The translations under genes were made by a program, and so were the position numbers. Source: Marsupella aquatica (taxonomy: Eukaryota > Plantae > Marchantiophyta). Taken from it: a stretch of 64,000 nucleotides of DNA. Below, in pieces: positions 14,011-25,994 of this stretch. How positions within the stretch are numbered: the stretch's first letter is position 1; every line of letters starts with the position of its first letter. The stretch lies in NCBI GenBank assembly GCA_973895155.1, contig OZ316893.1:26276798-26340797 (forward strand). The letters are read 5' to 3'. The notes under the pieces are model-generated. The model was not told the DNA's origin and did no database searches. It saw only the letters and a list, made by a program, of their open reading frames with translations.

Positions 14011-17000
14011 ACAGACCCCCATTAGGGATCCCTTGCAAAATTCCTGGCACCAGAGCATGCCATATCAACAAGGATGACAATAAACAGGACATGATGGTTA
14101 GGTGCAGACACATAACCGCCCAAATCAGGTTTGTGACAATTTTGGGCTAACTTTTGGGTTGCCATGCTGATTCCACTAGTTTCCATACCTCAAATGGATT
14201 CATCCTCCTGCTAATTCCATGATGAATAAGCACATCAATGCAACTCTTTGACTATGAAGTGCTAAGTGACAATCAATAAATCAAACAATCAATCAAGTGC
14301 TGAGTGACAATTCTACAATGCAACTCTTTGACTATCAAGTGCTAAGTGACTATTCTACAATCACAGCAAGTGGTTAAAAATAACTGTGGTGATTTCACTG
14401 GCATTGGTTCAAAAACCAAGCAAATGACATTTCAAATACCGTTTTTGAAGCTTTTTCAAAAGATGCACTAATTTGAGCACCAAACCAAATTTATGTCATG
14501 AAAATTCATTAATTCACTAACTCAAACTAATTAAAACACTCTAATTATGCAAAGAAACAAAGTGTCCATAGAATAATATTTATTTGATTGTACTTTGTTC
14601 GCATCTTACGAATGAATTGCTAATCGGTTTTTTCTTAAGGTAAAGTACATTTTAATTCGTCGGAGAGCATCGAGCACCAGACCGGTGGAGAGTGGAGACG
14701 CTCGAAGCTGGGCAGCGGCGCCGGGGCGGGCCGGTGGCGGGGCGGGGCTCCTCGGGGTGCAGCAGCGGGCAGGCGGGGCAGTCCGAACATCGGTAACGAA
14801 AAGTGCGGGCTCGACTGCGGAATAAACAGCAACACGAGGAGAGGGAATGGCTTTCCACGCAGATGCTGTCGGCGGAGGGACGTCAGTCCCGCTGCCCCTT
14901 GTCCCCTATCCCTCCGACGTATGATTACGACTTGACGCCAGCAGACACCTCCCATTCGCCCGCTCCCCCCTTCCCGCCGTACCGGTTCCGCGGTTAACGA
15001 CCCTTCAACCCTCTGGGTATTAAATTCCCTCGTATACCAGTTTCCGACAGCCCGAAACGCGACTTGTCCTGTCTGGACCACCCCTTGTTTTGGCCTTTTC
15101 CTGCCGTACCGGACCGTCGAAACACGACGGTTTGTGTATTGTTAGGACGGGCTTGATGCCCGGGGACCGTACCGGCGTCGCGGGTATGACACTTTCAGGG
15201 CACCGCATTAAAACCGAACTCCCCCCTTTTCTTTGGTGGCGGCGCGAGTTGGTGCAGTTTATTATCCCAGCCCTTGGGTGCTGTGCCTTCTTAACCTACA
15301 GCGACGCCGCAATCCGGCCGGGGCTTGCTTGAACCCGCTGTAAACTGAAACTTTCTTGTTTGTGGTGGAAGTATCCCTCCAAGCCCGCCGTGCCCGCACT
15401 GCTTGTCGCTCAGTTCGCTATTTCCAAACCTTTTGTGCTCCGTCAGACCGTGACATCAGATGCCAAGTGGGCGTGCATTGTGAACCGTAAACAGACTATT
15501 CCCTGATTATGCAGCGACAGTTGAGTGTGGGACGGTTTGGGGATGAGGCGGTTTTTGAGGGGGAATTGATTACCGTAATTACGAGTGCCCGTCATTTGCT
15601 TATGGGCTCAGTTTCGGGTCTGACATTGCGCAATTGGACGGCAAAGTTTCAGTTGGGCGTGCAGGTTTCTGCCCACACTCATGACGCGGCATCGCGGCTG
15701 TCGGTCTGGGCCAGGGACGGTCGAGATGCGTAGCACTGCTGGCAGGGGCTTAATTAGGATACGAATAACTGTTTAATAATGCGGTAAGACGGTGGTGATT
15801 GGTGGGTTTAATACGTGGCTATTCTTAACTAGAGTTATTGCTCGTGCACAAGCTGACGTCCGGATCCCGTACGCCGTCGGGAATCGGAATATGCTGGGCG
15901 ACGGAGTAACGGGATCGAATGACGCGCCGTATTTTTAGGGGGAATACAGATACTTATACGGGAGTATGCGGTGTTGGGTGGTTTAATGACGGCAATATGA
16001 TGAGTATCTGCCTGAAACGAAGTGACTCATGTCTGGAAATTAAATGACTGATTGTTCCAACTTCCTCTCGTTGGAGAAAGGGAAGGGGAAGAGAATGAAT
16101 GGAATAAATTATCCCCATCTATCAAAGCTTTTCTCGTGTGTTTTTTGGAGCGACCATGTGTCCCAAGAACTGGTCAAGATGACATTCCCTAGCTGACAAG
16201 TCTCTTTGCTTTGAATCCAATTTTATATAAGGGACATGATGAGAGATTTATTCTTACCTATTGCTCACTTCAATTCCCCTTGTGTTGCACTTCCTTTATT
16301 TTATGGTCACTGTTTATCTATGCACCCGCACATATCTGTCCCTTAGGGGTGGTACATTCACTAAATTCATCTTCGAACGAAAGTCAATCTATGCAAAATA
16401 TCCTCATCCAATGACCACAAGTCAGATGACACCTTGCTCAAATCATTAATAACCTGGTCATTATTACCCAAATAGAGCTGAATTTTTTATAACTAGACAG
16501 AAGTAAATTTATCCGCAAAAGAGGGGCTGAGATGGAAGATGGATAGCCCGTGACTCAGAAATGGGAGTTAGTGCAAAGGGAGAGGTTCAACATGTTAAGG
16601 CTGGGATTGAGATGATGAGATCCATGGTCAGACAGATATGTTGCAATTGAGATTATGGTGGGTCCTTCACTATTAACCTGTCTGCGTTCAGCTATGCCCA
16701 TGAGTATCACAAAACAAACCCTGACTTAGCCAATTGCACTTCCCAGAGGACAAATGGGAGTTTTATTTTATGTCCCAGTAGCGCTTGGGGCCTCAAGGTT
16801 ATCTTACCCTGCATTTGGCCATCAAAGCGGCCGACTCATCTCCTATTCGATCACTTAGGGATAACTCTAATACATCTAAGGTTTTCAATTTGGGGATTTG
16901 CCCAAGAAAGTGAGTCACCGCCAGAATAAACTTCTAGGGTTTTGTTTTGGTTGGTCCTCACCAGATTAAATTGTTAGTTGAAAGCACCATTGGAGAATGT

Positions 17001-18950
17001 CAGGGGAATTGTTATAGGTCAAGCAGAGGCGTCACGAGAATAACTGCTAGTTGACGGCATCTTGGAACAAAAACTCAGGGGCATGGTAGTATTCTCTCTC
17101 ACTCAAACCAGAACCAGTGCATATTGAAAGGACAAAATCATGCCATGTACACATGTTAGGAATAAGGTCCTTCTTATCTGCTGTACCTAACTGAGAAAAC
17201 TCTTTCTACTTTTAGAGTCTAAGAACCTTGGTACTTGTTCCATTTGTTGTAGTGAAAGTTTGGGAACAACAGTGTAAAACTTCTAGGTTTTCTTGTATTG
17301 TGGAGGCAACAATGGCAGGTTTTTCTCTCAGGCACACAATCAACAATAGTTGGCTGCTTGCATTCTTTGTGCTGGCATCAGTCATCTACAGCGGCGTCAA
17401 CATAGCGATAAGGCTACATCATGTTCATTTTAACATCAGTCCCATAGTAGGTCTCAGAGCATCTCCATCAGCTTGGTGGCCAATGCTCCCCAAAAAATAA
17501 AAACAGTGGTGCATTTTCATGCAATGAGATTACAATGTTTTTATCTATATTCCACACACATCCATGAAGAGCCCCCAAATTGACCTCCATTTCTCAAATC
17601 TTGTGTTTGTACCTTCAAATGTATTACACTTGTGTGTCTATTCTGCTAGACTGGCGGTTGACAGTGTGGATTTGGAATATTTAAAGATACTGGTTATGGG
17701 TAGGAGACAGCAATAGCCAATTTTCTCTCCATCTAGTTCATTTGACAGCTTAGTAAGTGATAAGGAGCACCAGTGGAGATGCTCTTACAAGGAAGGTATT
17801 TGGAGGGGTAGGGGAGATCATTTTGCAACTGAGTTCTTGGCTTTTGGCCCTTGGTGTTAGGTACCTATTTGCATCGCTCTACATAATAACCTCCCACAAG
17901 TTGGAACGTATACATTGGAGAGTAAGTTATGTGGTTTGCATATGGTTGACCTGGTCTGGCCAACCACAGTTTTGGGAACCAACACAACAAAAGGGGGAGT
18001 GAACTCTTTCTAATTTGCCGACATAGCTGGCTACAATGAACCTGCCATCACTTCTCGTATCCACATTCATTCATTCATGACGTAATTATGGTGCCTCACC
18101 ACTAACCCTGGCCCAAAGTCCTAAATTCAAATTCAGCAGCAAATCTGTTTACCCTAGCGGACTCTAGATTGGCCGGTGTGTCAAGTTGGAGATGAATGGA
18201 CTCGCTCAACAATACCAACTCACAACTCCCAATTGGCTTCTGATGATTCATTTCCATCAAAAGTACAACCGTCAAATTTGGGTAGGAAGGGGCCACAAAA
18301 CCGACACCAGTTTAATGACCAAATGAAAGATTGTCAACTCAGGCATGTGGAGGCAAGCTAAGTTTAGCGCAAAGGCCCAATTACGGTAATCACTAATCAT
18401 CCTCAACTTGCACAATCATGTCAAATGAGCAAGACGATACTTTGAAAAAGGCATCACTAAAGCATTCAGGATCATAAATGGGACATGTTCTTACATTGCA
18501 TCAAGGCCGGGAAATTGGGAGCCAGAGATGCTCTAAATTGCGCCTAAAACCTACCCCATAGGCAACAGCTTGACTGGCAATAACAACGTAGCCTCCATCA
18601 TTGCACACATACGACTTGTTTGAAACTAAAATATCTGCACCAAAACTCCAGAAGGCCCAAACAGACTAAAACCGAACATTCCAAAACTCATAAATGGGCT
18701 GTTATTTAGGAGGGCTATTCTTAGTTACAAACTCGCTGTCTATGGAGCGCGGTTACAACTTACAAGGCTGGACTTGAACAAACCTATCCTCCTACTGAAG
18801 GAGACGAATGGTGGTTTGAATTCATGGCTGTAAGGAAACACCCCAGTAATGGGGCATTATTTTTAAGACGTCCATTACATACCAACTCCCTAAATAATGG
18901 CGGGCACCTAAGCAGAAATCCAGTAGGGTGGCGGCAGTGTCCCCACCCAC

Positions 18951-19210
18951 AAAGGGAGGGGGAGAGGCCATCTTGGCTGTCCACACCTTGTGGAATAGCG
19001 AAGATCTGGACCCTCCAATTGTGCTGGACAATTTCAAAGGGTGATGTTATTAATAGTCACTTCTAACCCCAGGTTGTTGATACTCACTCCACGAAGGGAG
19101 GGGAGAGGCCATCTTGGCTGTCCACACTAAGTGGTGGAGAAGATATATACCCTCCAATTCTGCTGTACCTTTTTTAAGGGGAGTGTTATTAATAGTCACT
19201 CCTAAACCTG
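18951..19210. repeat. Two-copy tandem duplication, ~143-bp period
   Basis: AAGGGAGGGG(G)AGAGGCCATCTTGGCTGTCCACAC...TGTTATTAATAGTCACT is present twice. Confidence 0.85.
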
Positions 19211-19269
19211 CAAGCTTTGTCTTATCTAAAATGGCTCGTTTGTTGGCTGCCTGAAACCTAATTTATGTT

Positions 19270-19433
19270 TTGTAGAGCTCAGTTGCCAGTGAGTAAGCTC
19301 ATCATTTTCAAGGTGTGATTCTTCACAACTAATCTAATTCAAGTTCCAATTTGTAGAGCTCAGTTGCCAGTGAGTAAGCTCATCATTGTCAAGGTGTGAT
19401 TCTTTCACAACTAATCTAATTCAAGTTCCAATT
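19270..19433. repeat. Near-perfect ~80-bp tandem duplication
   Basis: TTGTAGAGCTCAGTTGCCAGTGAGTAAGCTCATCATT...CTAATTCAAGTTCCAATT occurs twice. Confidence 0.9.
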
Positions 19434-22400
19434 CAAAGTCATTGTCCGGCCAAGTTTCAACAGTATTCTCTAGTGTATTTCCACATGCCCACAGATCACC
19501 ATTGAATCCGCATTTTGATGGCCCTAAAATTGATTTTCAAATTTTTTTGGGGAAATAAATGTAAAAACACAGGAGCTATAGAAAAAGTAGAGGGATCCTA
19601 TAGCTAAGTTCAATGAAAGATATTTTTGAAATGAGAACTCTGATTCTTTGTATCTGGGGGCAAACAACAGACAACTCCTTATCTTAAATTTCAAAGAATT
19701 TGCCACAGATGTTCTTCTTGGATAAAACACATATACGTTCTGAAAGTTATTGGGGGAAAGTGACCCCCCTTGCTTCCACAAGAATAGCAATTACATTGCT
19801 AATGAAATGGATGGTTATGAGGTTTCAGCTAAACTTGAAACATGGATGGTTATTTTCACTGAATCATACAATTCAGATTAACCTTCTTCACTTACAGTTG
19901 CAAGTACAGGGAAAAAGCATGAGACTGGCTGACTAGGCAAGTCTAGGATGTGCTGAAACCCACATTGTTTTTGGTATTCACAAAACTCCAAATGTGATCA
20001 AAATGAGCCCCAAAAAAGTTTCATTGGAAAGCTCATTTTGGCGCTCGATGCCCTTTCTAGCAAGCTAAAGTGGGTCTTGAGACATTGAGAGATTGTGGGA
20101 AATCTAGTTGGAAACATGATCATTCATAGTACTGGTTAGATTTTGCTTTCCAGGTGATTTCGCAATCTCTATTGTGAAAGGAGGTATCCAATCAAAATCT
20201 ACAGCTTGGATGCGGTCCATCCAGTTGCAGAAGTCCATCCAAGCATATCATCAAACCTTTGAGTTTTCTGTAAGGGGATAAACACAAGTCTGACTTGCCG
20301 TGTAATGTAAGAAAGTCAAGTTACATTAAGGGGAACAGGTGACTGAAATGTAGTTTCAATTACGAGTACACTTGAACAGGATCTTATGTACATCTTGGTC
20401 TTTGATCGCTATTATCGACAAATGAGGTTTCAACAAAAAAGAGGCTATGACTGCCCCCACATTTTATTGCCAATTCCTGTTCTTCTTTGGTTGTACTCAC
20501 CCCAGGCCGTCAAAATGCATTTGACCCAGAGAGTCAGCCATGGCCAGTGCACAAGAGTCATTCTCCTCTTGTGCCCTAAATTTCATTCCCAAAGAAGTTA
20601 GCCCTACACTGAAAACATGAGTCCCACTGTCTATTGACCAGAAAGGTGACTTAGAGGCAGCTTGCTTGTGCATCGGACCTGTAAAATGAGCCCTAATTTG
20701 GGATGTTGAACCAGAAACGGAGGTGGTGGAGGTCCTTAATGCCAATGTAGAATGCAACATATTACGTGACAAAACAAATTACATTCCTTAGTGTAATTTT
20801 TAGGATACCAAGCCCAGTCTTGACCTAGCTAGAATATCCTTATTTAAAAATGAATTATTTTTTAATGCTATATATTCTTTAGTCTGTGTACATGTTACTT
20901 ATTATAGAACTTTGGTTCAAATAAATAAATAACATATGCTGAATCTCAAGTGATGTTTACTGGATTTTGTACTTCATCTAGGAGTAGAGTACCCTCTGAC
21001 TCGGGAGTGTCGGCCTTTCTCTTGGGGGATCTTCTCTTGGGTCCTTTTTGAAAGGGGGGTCTGGTGGGGGTTTCTCCACCTGTACCACAAAGTAAAAAGC
21101 TGTAAGGATAGATAAAATTCTCAAGGATGGTTTCCCCTTTTTGTGTTGAATGCACATTTTACTGACAAGTAAAGAGCACTACGTGAGTCACGTTGCCCCA
21201 AAACAGGAACAACTGGAGTGTCAACCATCATTCCTTCCTTTTGAGCTTCCTTTTAAGGAAAACGCAATAAGGATGTAGGACCTTTTTGTGCAGTCTAATT
21301 ATGTGTCCAAAGGTTAGATTCTTGGGTGGGTGGATGTGTAGTGGTTTCTTGGGTTGGTCTTCACTTTTGGAGCCAAAATATCTTTCACGAATGATGGACA
21401 ATTAATGGATGGAAGCAGATCACAAACCCAACCTCAATTCTGCTTGCTCCCAAAGGTACTAAAAATCAAGTGGGGCTTCTCCCAGAGACAGGTAGCAATG
21501 AGAAGTGTAAGAATGAGGACCAGGTGGAGGTCTTCACTTTTGATAAGAGATCTTCACCAATCTATGTCACAAATCCACAGACATGTCTCCCCCATAATGT
21601 AGGCATTACATGTAGTTAAAGAACAAACATGACCCAAGGCGAGGGAAACATATCATTTCATGCATCTTGTAGACAGTGAACACTTTTGTTATGACGGTTT
21701 CAAAGAGGTGACTTGCACCGTCCTATAAGTCAGACCCTGTCAAACATAAAAACTGCCTTATCACCCATAAGCTAGGAAAACAGGGAACCGTAAATGAGGG
21801 CAAAACGGCACGGACTGCCATGTCCAAGGTCGGACTAATGTAACCCACCAACACTTGGGCAGATTAATTGCTTCCATTCTTGATTTTTTTGTAAAAGATG
21901 GGAGAGAGCATAAACATCAACAAGAAACATATACCAAACTGTACACTCCCTCAGAAAATCAGATTTTGAACTCAGTCCCTGGAACCTAGTCATATATAAC
22001 TGACCTCAGGAGAGTATTTTGCCTCATGCTAGTTCAAACCATCCTGCCCCTAACCTGCCACTGTTCTTTTGCCCAAACAGTATGCCTGTTCTCCCACTCA
22101 CTTCCCATCACAGACCCTTGTATTGTAAAAGTGTTTTTTTGGTGATACTTACAAATGATCAACAATTTATAGATGCAGATTTTGATGAGAGGTGGTGGTT
22201 TTTTGTGGAACATAATGAGGTCTGCAGCCATGGATTTCCCCCTATAATGACTAATAAGATGACATTGATACTCAATTTGTTTTTCAAAAGTATGAAAAAT
22301 TATTGTATATACACAATTCTACTGTATGTGAAACGAGTACTATGGGAGCTTGTGGTTTAACTCAAAATCCATGAACCCACTCATGGCAATTTGGAGCAAA

Positions 22401-25400
22401 ATCCATTAATAAACTGCTTAATTAGCTTGAGTGGAGCCCACTTAAGGAGGGGCAGTGATGAGTGGCGGAGATTGCATTCTTTGTGTGAAGAAGCCGGCCA
22501 AATGTCACGTGATACTCTCATGCCTGTATTGCCTACCAAGAGTACTTAGGTTATAGGCTTCCTTTCACTTTAGAGTTCAGTCTTTCCTTTCTAAAAGTGC
22601 AAACCTGCCAAATTTAAGAATTCATATATTTGGGGACCTTTCCCCTTTTGTATGATTACAATTGAAAGTAAAGTAGAAAATAAATTGACATGTGACGACT
22701 AAGAAATCAACTCTTTGCAGCTGCTAAGACACACAGTCCTTATTCTTAGTTTACAAAATTGACTCTTCACTATCAAATATATTGAGGAAACAAGAATGAA
22801 TTTCTCCTAACCTGGTCTTGGCGCATAGGGTTTTGATAATTTGTTCTTTAAATTGGGAGTATTATCATTCCTCAAGTGAAAACATCATCTTTCATGTTAT
22901 CACTTGAGGAATTTCTGTTTCCTCCCCACCTGTTAAGAAAATGAGTGAGTTATTTTGTATGTGAAGACCGGATGGACCACCATGTTGGACACAGTGCTCC
23001 CATGGACCACATGTTGGTGGTCTATGGGAGTTTTGGGCTTATAACTTGACGATTATGAGTCCTAAAACAACTCTTAGTTTTTCACCTGCAAGGCAACTGG
23101 AGAATAAGGAGACATAAAAAAAACAACCTAATATTCTATATTAACACAATGAAAACAAATCTAATAGAATCTACCCCTCCGCATTCCATGATGAGTAACT
23201 CAACAAAAATGGCCAAAGATTCACTGTCACTTTGATGGAAGTGTACCTTACCCCTCCTCTAGCACATCCTCAAACTAATGTTTATTGGTTTTATGAACAT
23301 CAAGTCAGTACACTTAAACTCAAATGTTGGGAAAGGTAATATATGGGGGTTTCAAAAGACTAACCTTGTAGTCCATGGGAGCATCAATTTTGAGTTCTTG
23401 CTGGAAAATGAACAAAAAAGATAATAAGTCCCGGGTTTGAAAGCTTGGAATTTGATATATTATCTATACAAGCCTGATGTCAGTGCATTGCATAGTTCTC
23501 ATTGAGAAGGTGTTGGTTGTTGTTATAGTCATCTTGTCATTTCTATCCAATTGTCATTGCATTTGTGTCATCATTTTGGTGGGTTGTCGTAGTCAACTAT
23601 CTTTTTGGATGGTTGTTGGGTTTGTGTTATAATTGGGGTAATATCTGGAAATTAGCACGGTGCCCATGCATTGCACAGTATGATAGATTGGAAATGTTAT
23701 TGTTGTCCTGACTAGACCCCTGTTCACCTGTTGGAGCTCAAGAGTCTCTTAGGTTTGCAATAAAATTACTGTCTCATTTGAAAACACACAAAATAAGCAA
23801 TCACCATAGCTTCCCATGTTTATTGGGTCTACCTTCCTCCTCCCCCCTTCACTCCCCATTTCATTTTATTCCATCCGGTTTTGTTCTTCTCTCTCCCTTT
23901 TCCCTTTTCTGCCCCTCGCCCTTCCCCCACTTTTTCCACCTTTCTCTGCCTTCCCCCCCTTTTTCCCTTTAGTTCCCTTCATTCCCTGGCCTCACCCTTC
24001 GTCAATCTCACTTCTAAAGCTCCAGTTTATTCTCCCTCCCCAAAAGATTTATACCCTACCGTAGCCTGACACAACTTTCAGATTATTCCGTCCCCAATCC
24101 CTTGTGCCCACCCATGTTAGCTGGCAACCGGCCCGTCATCCGCAAAGTTCAGTCCCTGCCTCGCACTTGTGAGCTCCTTTAGAAAGATCCGACGATCAGG
24201 GAAAATGATGCGATAAATCAGCTGGCCGAAAAACAATCCGACCTTTCTGTGTTCATAACCAACCATGCCAACCCTCTTGGCCGGATGACATATATGTTGT
24301 AGATGTGGACAATATATTACAGGAGCTAACATCTTTCATGTCTTTTCTCGTTCTTTTACCTGTTATCATTATTATTATATATATCCTTCAAATTATTATT
24401 CACGATTCAAGGATATATCAATTCACTTTATTTTAAGGAAAGAAGCCTTGCAAATCACTTGTGGATGAAATAATCACTTTGAATATACACAAAATGTGCT
24501 TGGTCTACTGGAGTCCCAAGGTTGAACGTGATGGTCCATCCGAGCATCAACTTGGACAGCAAAGCCAGAATGTTGGCCATGGCACGCATCACAGGAGAAA
24601 GGGTCTCGGTAACTGGTAACTGCACATCAAAATATGACATATGCGATGTACGACACCCCTGCATACCGTGATAATCCTAGTTTTTTCCTTTCAATCAATG
24701 AATGCAGCCACATTTTGATGTGTGATTACCAGGAGGGCAAGAGAAGACATGGTGTCACCGGCAGGAGAAGACATGGTCGTCACCATTTTGTCTTAGAGAG
24801 AAGAGCAATTAAAATTCATTCAAAAAGCCAGCATTCAACAAGGGCTGTCCTACAAAAAGGGGTCAGGAAACCAAAGGTCGAAGTGTCCAGAAGACCGGAA
24901 GGGACTGCACCAGGAGAAGAAGCAAAACCAAGGATAAGCAGCTAAACCAGCCAAATAGCCATTTAACTCTTGCCACTCAGTGTAGGGACCTGTAGCCACT
25001 GTAGTACCGTGATGGGCAGAAAATATGCCAAAAGTGGAAAGCATAGAAAAGGGATGCAAGCTAAAAGGGGCAGATTGGGGCAGAGGAAACAACAGACGAA
25101 GTAAAGAAAAAAGACTGAGGTGCATCCTTAAGACATGGTTATGTGGCAGAGCGCCACACCTTTTCTTTTGCTCTGCCTGAGCAGAGCGAAAAGCGCCCCA
25201 GCTTTTTGGTAATGTAACCGAAATTCATACATCCACACGCAAGATTCAGCGACCCGACAATCAGCTCAGAATTGCAATCGGTGGTCTCACACTCTGATGA
25301 GCGAGTCCATGAAAAGACTCAAGGCACTAGTACTCTCTCGACAACACATTACGAGAAGCATCACTTTTCACTCCAAACGACACAAGAATTTCATTCCATG

Positions 25401-25954
25401 CCAGCTGCTGAGCCAGGCTCAGCTCGAGAGCCCTCTCCTGCGTTGCCTACTTGCCTTGCCTTGCCTTGCCTGCTTGCCAGTCAGTCATCATCATCAGTCC
25501 CAGCCAGAAGACCCACCCAGCCAAGACCCACCCACCCAGCCAGCAGACGCTTGTCCCACATGACTTGACTGTGTGCTCCAGGACACCTTTATTGTGCTCT
25601 CCCTCACCTCCATTCCGCCTCCCAAAGTCATGCCTTCCTGCATTGCATTCAACTGCAAAAATAGAAACTGCCAAGGCAAGGAAGGACACCTTTATGTCCC
25701 ATGCATGGCCGAAATAAACTACTGTAGTCGTAATGAGGAACTGGGCAAAGGACAGCTTTATGTCGTCCAGAGCAAAGAACTGGGCATAAAGCAGCAGCAG
25801 TAGCAGCAGCTCCTGTAGAGTAGGAAAAAACTGTTCTGCTCCAAGACATCTTTATGTGGACAGACTCCCACGCCTCGCATGCAGAATGAATAACACCCAA
25901 TACACAAACGAACCAATCTCAGCAGCAGATTAGATGATTAGATCTCACAATATA

Positions 25955-25994
25955 TCTCTCCTCTCCTCTCCTCTCCTCTCCTCTCCTCTCCTCT
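25955..25994. repeat. (CTCTC)n microsatellite
   Basis: About 8 CTCTC units read directly from the sequence. Confidence 0.9.

Noticed and set aside
25280-25325. CTGATGA...GAAA hammerhead-like core (similar words at about 175 and 5863)
   Set aside because: Stems I, II and III cannot be formed around the core.
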